Source: a virus
Lineage: Duplodnaviria > Caudoviricetes
DNA: 57,281 nucleotides
IMG/VR virus record: IMGVR_UViG_3300012950_000004
Span: 1 to 57,281 of that record
Reading direction: 5' to 3' (one strand)
Shown piece by piece: positions 1-8,084 of this stretch (position 1 is its first letter; each line of letters begins with the position of its first letter). Made by a program: the position numbers and the translations under genes. The notes below the pieces were generated by a model that saw only the letters and a list, made by a program, of their open reading frames with translations, made no database searches and was not told where the DNA came from.

Positions 1-1047
1 ACGCTTACGCACGCTGCTGATGCCGGCACCACCTATGTATATGGCGCGCACATTAATGCACAAGGCGGAACAAACGGCGGCAGCCTCGTCCAAGCAGCAA
101 GGTTCGAAGCTGGAGGCGGCGACTTCAACTTCGGAATCCAGCTTGACGTTGAGGATGGTGGTGTTGATCTTAGAATTGAAAGCTCAGCCGATAGTGGCGA
201 TTATTTCCAGATTCAAACCACCACCCACGGTGCAACCACAATCACAACAGTTGATGATGACGCTGCTGCTGCTGATCTTACATTTAGTGTTGATGGAAAT
301 ATTATTTTAAGCCCAGTCGGAACGACCGCGGTTAACTCCGATCTGGGAATTGGCGGCGTACCAACACTCCCCTTAGATGTACAGAGCACTTCACCCGCCG
401 CAGGACGCCTGGCCAACACAGCGAATGATGCGTACGGTTCTCTGCTTAGACTTCAAAATACACGCGCAGACAGCAACGCCGGCGTAGCGGATGATTTTTG
501 CGGAGGGGTTGTTTTTACGGCACAAGACAGCACGGCTGCTGCTACTCAGTATGGAAAGATAACCACTAAAGTCGCTAGCCCTACTAACACAGCTGAAGCT
601 GGCTTCATGACTTTTGAGGTAACAACCGGCGGAACCACGGCTACGGAATATTTGAGGTTGGATGGGGGAACAACTTCTATCGAGGCTTCTGCCGATACAG
701 TGATCAAAGCAGATACATATTTATCTGGCGGCATGCGCATGAACTATGCAGTGAAAACGGCAAATCATACACTCACCTCTACGGATCGTGTTGTGGTCTT
801 TAACGCCGGCTCCGCTGCCACAGCATCGCTCCCCGCCTTAACAGACGCGATTAATGGCGTTGTATATACCATAAAAACTATTGGCGCCGGCGCGATCCAT
901 ATTACGGGAGCCGCAGCATCAGAGAATTTTCTGGATGGTCAACAGTCCCTTACTCTCGCACAGGGAGACGCCGCAACGGTACTCGGACATATGAATGTTT
1001 CAGGTTACGAGTGGGCTGTAATCAATTTTTATAACATGACTCCGTAA
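1..1047 (+). CDS. Partial (5'-truncated) tail fibre-like or virion structural protein
   Basis: Frame 1 is open from base 1 to TAA at 1047; the track's 607..1047 ORF is only its C-terminus. The protein is G/A/T/S/D-rich and beta-strand-like, and lies next to the head genes. Confidence 0.55.
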   Translation, partial: TLTHAADAGTTYVYGAHINAQGGTNGGSLVQAARFEAGGGDFNFGIQLDVEDGGVDLRIESSADSGDYFQIQTTTHGATTITTVDDDAAAADLTFSVDGNIILSPVGTTAVNSDLGIGGVPTLPLDVQSTSPAAGRLANTANDAYGSLLRLQNTRADSNAGVADDFCGGVVFTAQDSTAAATQYGKITTKVASPTNTAEAGFMTFEVTTGGTTATEYLRLDGGTTSIEASADTVIKADTYLSGGMRMNYAVKTANHTLTSTDRVVVFNAGSAATASLPALTDAINGVVYTIKTIGAGAIHITGAAASENFLDGQQSLTLAQGDAATVLGHMNVSGYEWAVINFYNMTP

Positions 1048-1125
1048 ACATTAGGATTATAAATGGATTTTGCGCCAAAATAATACTACTTATTTTTGAA
1101 CTATTGCCAAATTAGGAGTCAATTT

Positions 1126-2343
1126 ATGTCAAACCTTCTTAACGAAGCTATTGTCGATGCGAAGGCATTGCGAGAAGCTGCATTAAAAAATGCAGAAACT
1201 GTTGTTATTGAAAAATATTCAGAGGAAGTAAAAACCACTCTGGAAAAGCTTCTTGAACAAGAAGATATGGGCGCTGCAATGCCCGATCTGGGAGCAGACC
1301 TCGGCGGTGGTGCCGATATGGGAGCCCCAATGCCGGATCTGGGAGCGGATCCTCTTACCGAACCCGGCGCAGAAGACGCCGGCGAGCCCCTTGATGACGG
1401 AGATAATATCCCATTAGCTGCTACCAACGATTTAGGAGATATGGAAGGGAAGAACCTTAAAGGATTCCCCGCAGACGGAGAGGACGTCGAGATCTCGATT
1501 GATTTGGGCGCCCTGCAAGAAGCTGTGCGTCAAATGTCCGAGGAAGAAGAAGTGGAAATCAACGAAGAAGAGTTGGCCAACATCCTGGGGCAAAGCATCG
1601 ACGAAGAGAAGATCGAAGAAGACGAAGCGTGGGAAGATGAGACAGCAGGCGACGGCGACCCCGCCGGCGGAGTTGCGGCACAAACGACAGCCGCAGCCGA
1701 CGCCATGGCCGACACAGATGATGGCGGATTGGCTATTGGCGAAAAGCGCCCAGAAAACGAAGGCATCGATGTCTCCAAGGCTGACCAATTGGTAGACGCC
1801 ATTATGGAACGTCTTACCGTCGATATGGGCGCCGATTTAAGTGGTTGGGCTGGTCGCTCATCCGAAGATATTAAGTATGCATTGTCGAAGGCGCTAGCGC
1901 ACCGACGCAGCACCGACGTGCAAGACGAATTAGAGATTATGAAGAAGGCTCAAGAAGAGTTAGTTTTCGAAAATAAACAACTCAAAGAGCAAACTTCACA
2001 ATATAAGCAAGCATTTCAAGAGCTTAAGGAGAATTTACAAGATGTAAACCTTTCTAACGCTCGCTTGCTTTATACGAACCGGGTTTTACGGAATACCTCC
2101 TTCAATGAGCGGCAAAAACAAAAGATTGCCGAAGCTATTTCCAGTGCCGGTTCTGTAACAGAGGCGAGAACTATCTATGATACACTTCAAAGCACAGTGG
2201 AGGCTAAGCCTAAGCGTAGCCCCAAATCACTAAGCGAAGCAATCACCAATCGTTCTTCTGTTATTCGGGCTTCCCGCGTAAGCGAGACGTCCTCAACCGA
2301 TCCGTGGACGGATCGGATGAAAAAACTAGCTGGAATAAAATAA
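1126..2343 (+). CDS. Prohead scaffold/core protein (T4 gp22-like role)
   Basis: AGGAG RBS precedes ATG 1126. Very acidic with a C-terminal coiled coil, directly upstream of the major capsid gene; ends RMKKLAGIK. Confidence 0.75.
   Translation: MSNLLNEAIVDAKALREAALKNAETVVIEKYSEEVKTTLEKLLEQEDMGAAMPDLGADLGGGADMGAPMPDLGADPLTEPGAEDAGEPLDDGDNIPLAATNDLGDMEGKNLKGFPADGEDVEISIDLGALQEAVRQMSEEEEVEINEEELANILGQSIDEEKIEEDEAWEDETAGDGDPAGGVAAQTTAAADAMADTDDGGLAIGEKRPENEGIDVSKADQLVDAIMERLTVDMGADLSGWAGRSSEDIKYALSKALAHRRSTDVQDELEIMKKAQEELVFENKQLKEQTSQYKQAFQELKENLQDVNLSNARLLYTNRVLRNTSFNERQKQKIAEAISSAGSVTEARTIYDTLQSTVEAKPKRSPKSLSEAITNRSSVIRASRVSETSSTDPWTDRMKKLAGIK
1267..1350 (+). repeat. Coding tandem repeat MG(A)xMPDLGAD x2 in the scaffold
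   Basis: atgggcgctgcaatgcccgatctgggagcagac / atgggagccccaatgccggatctgggagcggat. Confidence 0.7.
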
Positions 2344-2373
2344 TAATCATAAAATATAAGGAGGTGATTTAAT

Positions 2374-4137
2374 ATGTCTAGTATTATTGAACGGTTAACC
2401 GAAGGCGTGGTTAATCGTGACATGCGTGCAGAAAGTCATGCATTGTTAAACAAGTGGGAAAAGACGGGGCTCCTTGAGGGTCTTAGTGTCGATCACTCCC
2501 GCAACGCAATGGCTCGATTGCTTGAAAATCAAGCGAAAGAGCTTCTACGTGAAAACTCCACTATGGCTAGTGGTGATGTCGCCGGTTTCGCAGCCGTGGC
2601 GTTCCCCATTGTCCGTCGTGTTTTCGCTGGTCTAATCGCTAACGAACTTGTTAGTGTGCAGCCGATGAGTCTCCCAAGTGGACTCATCTTCTTCCTGGAC
2701 TTCACGTTCTCGGGTGATGCTGCTGGCGGTACCGCTGGTGGCACGGGACGTGGTCGACTCGGTAACGTCTACACCGGTTCCATTTATGGTGGCGCCGAGG
2801 TAGGTAGCCAGATCACTGGCGGTATCGATCTACTCAATGCTCGTAAGGCTGACCTTGGTGGTCCACGTACTGTGGGTGCTAAGGGTTATGCGTACGGTCA
2901 GGCAAGCGGATCGGGTGATGTGACCTGGACGAAAGTTGATGCTTTCAATCTTGATCAGGCAACTGAGGCTCAGAAGAAGAATTACCTTAGCTGGGATCCA
3001 GACATCATGTCTCTTTCAGGTTCTGGTACAGAGTATGCTATCGCAGTTGCGAAGACGGCTATTTCCAATATGGATCAGCTTGATACCAACAACCTCGCGA
3101 CAATTACTTGTTCCGTGGGCGATTTCACGGGTATTACGACCGCCGCCGCATCTTTGGTGCGTCGTTTGACGACTCGTGATAGTGACGGGAATGTTCAGAT
3201 CGTAATGATCGGTCTTAACACCGCCGGCGGTATCGCAACGGGCTCATTTGCCACGACTGCGGCCGACTCCCAATGGGTCCAGACTGATGACTTTACCTCG
3301 GGCGATGCTCTTGGTTCTATCGTTGGTACAACCACATGGGGCTTGGAAAACCAAACGGCTATCCCCGAGATCGATATCAAAGTCGATTCCGTGGCAGTCA
3401 CCGCGATGACCAAGAAGCTGAAGGCTAAGTGGACTCCGGAATTAGGACAAGACCTTAATGCCTACCACAACCTTGATGCTGAGGTCGAGCTTACGAGCAT
3501 TCTCTCCGAGCAAATTGCTCTTGAGATTGACCGTGAGATCATTGGTGACCTTGTCATTGGTGCCAAAGCCGCTACCTATTACTGGTCGCGTGCTCCGGGT
3601 CTCTTCGTGAACCGTGTAACTGGTGCTGAAATTGGTGCGTCCTCTGCGGCTCCCGACTTCACCGGTACGGTTAGCGAGTGGTATGAGACTCTTGCCGAGA
3701 CAATCAATGATGTCTCTGCGCAGATTCATCGTAAGACTCTGCGTGGTGGTGCTAACTTCGTGGTCTGTGGCCCCGAGGTTGCTAACATCCTTGAATTCAC
3801 CGCTGGGTTCCGCGCTTCCGTCACACATGATGACGAGAAGGGCTCCATTGGTGCCGTTAAGGTTGGCTCTCTCAGTAAGAAGTTCGACGTCATTGTTGAC
3901 CCGTACTTCCTGCGTAACGTGGTCCTCGTCGGGCGACGCGGCTCCTCTTTCCTTGAAAGCGGATATGTGTATGCACCGTACGTTCCACTGCAAACCACAC
4001 CTACGATCTTCGGACCGGAAGACTTCGTACCCCGCAAGGGAGTCATGACGCGTTATGCCAAGAAGATGGTGCGTCCTGATATGTACGGACTCGTTGTTGT
4101 CCGCGGACTCGATGGTGAAGCTGGAGCTACTTCCTAA
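2374..4137 (+). CDS. gp23: Major capsid protein, T4 gp23 family
   Basis: Motifs VQPMSLPSGLIFFLD, KKLKAKWTPELGQDLNAYHNLDAEVELTSILSEQIALEIDREII, YAPYVPL and PRKGVMTRYA; GGAGGT RBS. Confidence 0.97.
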   Translation: MSSIIERLTEGVVNRDMRAESHALLNKWEKTGLLEGLSVDHSRNAMARLLENQAKELLRENSTMASGDVAGFAAVAFPIVRRVFAGLIANELVSVQPMSLPSGLIFFLDFTFSGDAAGGTAGGTGRGRLGNVYTGSIYGGAEVGSQITGGIDLLNARKADLGGPRTVGAKGYAYGQASGSGDVTWTKVDAFNLDQATEAQKKNYLSWDPDIMSLSGSGTEYAIAVAKTAISNMDQLDTNNLATITCSVGDFTGITTAAASLVRRLTTRDSDGNVQIVMIGLNTAGGIATGSFATTAADSQWVQTDDFTSGDALGSIVGTTTWGLENQTAIPEIDIKVDSVAVTAMTKKLKAKWTPELGQDLNAYHNLDAEVELTSILSEQIALEIDREIIGDLVIGAKAATYYWSRAPGLFVNRVTGAEIGASSAAPDFTGTVSEWYETLAETINDVSAQIHRKTLRGGANFVVCGPEVANILEFTAGFRASVTHDDEKGSIGAVKVGSLSKKFDVIVDPYFLRNVVLVGRRGSSFLESGYVYAPYVPLQTTPTIFGPEDFVPRKGVMTRYAKKMVRPDMYGLVVVRGLDGEAGATS

Positions 4138-4194
4138 TATATAAGCATTTAGCATATATTAGCGCAAAAGCACGCCTAAACGTGACACAGAAAG

Positions 4195-4226
4195 CCCCCT
4201 CCCCGAAAAGGGAGGGGGTCTTCTTT
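4195..4226 (+). terminator. Intrinsic terminator after major capsid gene
   Basis: CCCCCTCCC-cgaaaa-GGGAGGGGG followed by TCTTCTTT. Confidence 0.8.
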
Positions 4227-4308
4227 ATGGGTAAAACTAATTAAGAGAAAGGGTGGAGAGCCCTTTGTTAATTGACCTAATTAATATTCATATAAGGAGA
4301 AACATATT

Positions 4309-4797
4309 ATGGGAACAAAAAGAGTAGGTTGGGCTAGAATTAAGAGCCTGATTAACGAAAATCAAAATGCTTTAAAACATCGTCGTGCGACTTGTAAAAC
4401 CGCAATCACAGCAGATACCACTTTAGTGGCAGGAGATTACGGTTCGCTGATCTTATTAAATGGTACAGCGGCTTCGAACTTCGAACTCACGCTGCCGACA
4501 TCGCCGCCACTGGGGGCAGAATTTAAATTTACGCTTGTTGAAGCCAGCAACGCGGCTGCACAGATTTTGCTTGATAGTGGCGAAGACAACAAATTCGAAG
4601 GCTATGCAGTGATGTATAAGGCCGACCAGGAAGACGGAACCACAGCATTCCACAGTCATCGCAAGCTTGGCTGGGGCGATGCCGCTGCGAAAGGTGGATA
4701 CCTTCATGTTGTATGTATAGATGCGACAGCCGGCGCCGTTCGATGGGCGATTATTGACGCCAAGTCGAGTGTCGCTTGGATCAATGCACACGCCTAA
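4309..4797 (+). CDS. Hypothetical virion protein (possible capsid decoration)
   Basis: AAGGAGA RBS and an ACTAATTA box upstream; follows the capsid gene; beta-rich. Confidence 0.5.
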   Translation: MGTKRVGWARIKSLINENQNALKHRRATCKTAITADTTLVAGDYGSLILLNGTAASNFELTLPTSPPLGAEFKFTLVEASNAAAQILLDSGEDNKFEGYAVMYKADQEDGTTAFHSHRKLGWGDAAAKGGYLHVVCIDATAGAVRWAIIDAKSSVAWINAHA

Positions 4798-4827
4798 ACC
4801 TTAAAATATATTTTTATATTTTTACCT

Positions 4828-4860
4828 GCCCCCCTTTCCTTTTTGGATTGGGGGGCTTTT
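4828..4860 (+). terminator. Intrinsic terminator
   Basis: GCCCCCC...GGGGGGC stem followed by TTTT. Confidence 0.7.
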
Positions 4861-4957
4861 ATTGAAAACGCCGATCCTCCAAATTTTTTCCCCGGTAAAT
4901 TTTTGAGATTTTCGTTTTCGGGATTTTAAAACTAATTATTTGAAAGGAGAAACAACC

Positions 4958-5239
4958 ATGAATCCTCGTAGAAGAATGGAACTTAAAAAGAAGGCTCGCG
5001 CAGCCAATAAAAAGAAGGCAGTTACTGTCACCCCCGCCATTAGTGCCCCGGTAGTCCCGGAGGTCACTCTTGAAGAGGTGAAAGCTAAAGTCGTCGCTGA
5101 AGTCGCCGCTGAAGTCGTCGCCGAAGAAGAAACGGTGGCTGACACTATCCCCACGCCGACACTCAAGAAGATCGTCAAGAAGACTTCAACCATTAAGAAA
5201 AAGAGTACTCGAAAATCCACTACAACTAAGAAAAAATAA
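4958..5239 (+). CDS. Small Lys-rich, low-complexity basic protein
   Basis: AAGGAG RBS then ATG 4958. Basic termini (KKTSTIKKKSTRKSTTTKKK) flank an acidic V/A/E middle. Confidence 0.65.
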   Translation: MNPRRRMELKKKARAANKKKAVTVTPAISAPVVPEVTLEEVKAKVVAEVAAEVVAEEETVADTIPTPTLKKIVKKTSTIKKKSTRKSTTTKKK

Positions 5240-5258
5240 TGATTTTCTAAGTTAATTA

Positions 5259-5295
5259 GCACAAGCTTCTCCGTGACGTTGAGCTTTGTGTTTTT
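5259..5295 (+). terminator. Probable intrinsic terminator
   Basis: Imperfect stem GCACAAGCTT...GAGCTTTGTGT followed by a T-run. Confidence 0.5.
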
Positions 5296-5326
5296 AAAAC
5301 TATTTATGTAGTAGGAGGGTCCTTGT

Positions 5327-6598
5327 GTGCCAACAAATCTAAGTCCAAAATCACAAACCAGCACTGTAGTTTTAACTTCAACTGGGAGCGCCTCCAAGGT
5401 GGCCGCAGCGGTGCCATTTGGCGTATATACGGGATCTGTCGACTTTTTGACAGGCGCCGCGCTTCAAGTAGACTATGTTTATAAGAAGCTTGGAGGGGAT
5501 GTTGTTGATATTGAGATTACCCCTTCGAACGTATACGCTGCGTACGAAGAGGCGGTTTTAGAATATTCGTATATCGTCAATCTGCACCAAAGCAAGAATG
5601 TGTTATCCGATACGCTGGGAGCCACCACGGGCACCTTTAATTATAACGGCGAGTTAAATACGGGACCCACAGGCAGCAACTTACGCTTCGCACGTTCCCA
5701 ATTCACTTATGCTAAGAAAGTGGGCGACGGCTTATCAGCCATGGCCGGGTTTGGAGGCACGATATCTCAATATTCTGCGTCTTTTAAGACTGCGCAGAAT
5801 CAGCAAGACTACGATATCCAGAGTATCATCTCTAGTTCGTCGGCATCGGGAGTTGACTCGAATGGTAAGAGTGTTCCCTATTCTGGCAAGGTGAAAGATA
5901 ATCGGGTTTTCATAACAAAGGTCTTTTATAAGTCACCACGCGCTATGTGGCGTTTTTACGGCTATTATGGCGGAATTGGAGTGGTAGGCAACTATTCGAC
6001 ATACGGGCAGTTTGCGGATGATGCGACTTTTGAGATTGTGCCGACCTGGCAGAATAAAATGCAGGCTATTATGTATGAGGACTCCTTATTTACGCGAACT
6101 TCTCACTATTCCTATGAATTGATTGATGGAAAGCTGAGGCTTTTTCCTACTCCGTCGTATTGGGGGTTTGGGAACGGCGAGTTGATGTGGGTGAAGTTTT
6201 ACATCAAAACTGACGCGTGGGACGCCAATTCGGCGTATGATGACGGTACCACAGGCGTAAATAACATGAATACGTTGCCGTTTGACAATATTCCTTATCA
6301 AAACATTAATTCTATTGGAAAACAGTGGATTCGCAAATACGCTTTGGCGCTCTGTAAGGAGATGTTGGGGCAAGTGCGAGGGAAATTCCAAACAGTCCCG
6401 ATCCCGGGAGATAGTGTTACTCTTAATCACTCTGAATTGCTGAGTCAGGCGAAAGAAGAACAAACCGCCCTTAAAGATAAGCTTAGAGAGCTATTGAAAG
6501 AAATGGAGTATGGAGAATTGAGTAAACTCGATAGCGAGAAAGCTGAAGCCGCCGCCACTACGTTTAAAAACTCTCCTTTACCGATTTTTGTAGGATAA
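5327..6598 (+). CDS. Neck/head-tail adaptor protein (T4 gp13-like)
   Basis: KLGGDVVDIEIT, WIRKYALALCKEMLGQVRGKF and PGDSVTLN resemble gp13-type neck proteins; consistent gene order; GTG start with AGGAGG RBS. Confidence 0.8.
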   Translation: MPTNLSPKSQTSTVVLTSTGSASKVAAAVPFGVYTGSVDFLTGAALQVDYVYKKLGGDVVDIEITPSNVYAAYEEAVLEYSYIVNLHQSKNVLSDTLGATTGTFNYNGELNTGPTGSNLRFARSQFTYAKKVGDGLSAMAGFGGTISQYSASFKTAQNQQDYDIQSIISSSSASGVDSNGKSVPYSGKVKDNRVFITKVFYKSPRAMWRFYGYYGGIGVVGNYSTYGQFADDATFEIVPTWQNKMQAIMYEDSLFTRTSHYSYELIDGKLRLFPTPSYWGFGNGELMWVKFYIKTDAWDANSAYDDGTTGVNNMNTLPFDNIPYQNINSIGKQWIRKYALALCKEMLGQVRGKFQTVPIPGDSVTLNHSELLSQAKEEQTALKDKLRELLKEMEYGELSKLDSEKAEAAATTFKNSPLPIFVG

Positions 6599-6604
6599 TA
6601 GAAG

Positions 6605-7093
6605 ATGGCAGACGAATGGAGCAGACCCAAATCCCCACCGCCGCCCCTCTTCTTAGGCAAAAAAGAGCGCGATCTTGTAAAACAGGTTAATGACGAATTA
6701 ATTGAGAAAGTCGTTGGCCAGCAAATTTTATATTATCCTATTGATATGGAAAGAACCGATTTTCATGAATTATATGGTGAAGCCATCAATAAAACGTATT
6801 TGCCTCCCATTAGGGTGTATGCTTTGGTGGAGTTTACCGAGTTTTCTACCGAGTATATGGAAGGAGTGGGTCTCGATAAGGGATGGGAGATCAATGTCCA
6901 CTTTCACAAACGTCGATTAGAGGAAGATCAGGATATGTATGTTAGAGAAGGTGATTTTGTTCTATATGGAGATTATTACTATGAGATAGTTAAATTGAGC
7001 GAAGACACAAAGCTCTTCGGTCAAGTTGATTATGGTTTTGAGATTTCTGCACGCTGTAGACGAGCAAGAAAGGGACTATTCGATGCTACCTGA
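6605..7093 (+). CDS. Head completion/neck protein (T4 gp14-like)
   Basis: GQQILYYPI, LYGEA and EGDFVLY...YYEI...FGQ motifs; lies after the gp13-like gene. Confidence 0.75.
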   Translation: MADEWSRPKSPPPPLFLGKKERDLVKQVNDELIEKVVGQQILYYPIDMERTDFHELYGEAINKTYLPPIRVYALVEFTEFSTEYMEGVGLDKGWEINVHFHKRRLEEDQDMYVREGDFVLYGDYYYEIVKLSEDTKLFGQVDYGFEISARCRRARKGLFDAT

Positions 7094-7958
7094 TAACTTT
7101 GATTTTGCCCAGCTACCGGCTGATTTTAAGAAAGGCACCCTTAAAGAATTGGGGATGCTTGCCTCTACGATGGAGACGATCGATATGGCGATCATGTCAT
7201 GGCTAAAAGAAGATCTCGATTTGGGCGCCACAACTCATGAGGGTTTCGATCAGGTGCCAATTTTGTGGCAAACTCCGGAGCGCGCCTTTCAGATTAAAAA
7301 CAAAAAATCATTACGCGACGCCGGCGGATCCCTAAAGCTACCTCTTATCAGTGTTGAGCGCACCGGAGTTACAAAAGATCCCGCACGTAAGGGAGGGTTT
7401 CAGGCTCAATTGTTCTCGACGCGTAAAGACGGGCGCACTGGGCGCCTTGTGATCGCCAAGAGAATCAAAGAAGACAAGACGAGAAATTTTGCTGTCGCAT
7501 CCGGAACGCGCACCAACAGCGGAGGTGTTCGTCAGAAGTTTTACCCACGCGTGAATTCTAAAGTTGTAATCCAAAGCTTGTCTATTCCAATTCCAGTATA
7601 CGTCAATGTGGAGTATAAGCTTCTTCTGAAGGCAGAATATCAACAACAGATGAATCAGCTTGTGGAGCCTTTCATATCGCGCCCCGGTCAACTAAACACC
7701 TTTGTCATGCGGCGGAATGGACACTTGTATGAGGCATTTATTGATCAAAGTTTTGCGCATACGAACAATGTAGCAAATATGAACGAAGATGCGCGCTTAT
7801 TCTCAACAGAGATTAATATTCGAGTATTGGGCTATCTTATCGGAGAGGGAGATAATGACGACCGCCCTCTAATTCGAATCGATGAAAACACAGTAGAGAT
7901 AACTTTTCCCCGGGAATCAGTACTACCTCCTGGCTACATTCCATTAGCGGACGATTAG
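7083..7958 (+). CDS. Tail completion/terminator protein (gp15-like)
   Basis: LPLISVERTG and IPIPVYVNVEY motifs; lies between neck and sheath genes. Likely start is ATG 7083, overlapping the previous gene. Confidence 0.65.
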   Translation: MLPDNFDFAQLPADFKKGTLKELGMLASTMETIDMAIMSWLKEDLDLGATTHEGFDQVPILWQTPERAFQIKNKKSLRDAGGSLKLPLISVERTGVTKDPARKGGFQAQLFSTRKDGRTGRLVIAKRIKEDKTRNFAVASGTRTNSGGVRQKFYPRVNSKVVIQSLSIPIPVYVNVEYKLLLKAEYQQQMNQLVEPFISRPGQLNTFVMRRNGHLYEAFIDQSFAHTNNVANMNEDARLFSTEINIRVLGYLIGEGDNDDRPLIRIDENTVEITFPRESVLPPGYIPLADD

Positions 7959-8014
7959 TTCCTGAAGTAAAATGGAATTTCTTGCTTCACTTCAAGACTT
8001 TTGATTATCAAAAT

Positions 8015-8022
8015 ACTATTTA
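8015..8022 (+). promoter_or_regulatory. Putative late promoter box ACTATTTA (representative of 12 copies)
   Basis: ACTA(A/T/C)TTA occurs at 1085, 4236, 4931, 5299, 8015, 11011, 12801, 34217, 41866, 45969, 50989 and 54625, each shortly upstream of a start codon. Confidence 0.7.
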
Positions 8023-8084
8023 CAAATGATTGACCACCAAGATCATCAATTCAAATCTTAATCAGCGAGGGAAGGAACCACAAG

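Noticed and set aside
20-310. 96-aa + strand ORF
   Set aside because: It is an alternative frame inside the longer frame-1 ORF that is open from base 1 to 1047.
3442-4155. 237-aa minus-strand ORF, and the many other minus-strand ORFs in the track
   Set aside because: They are antisense shadows of well-supported + strand genes, with no RBS or recognisable motifs; no credible minus-strand gene was found.
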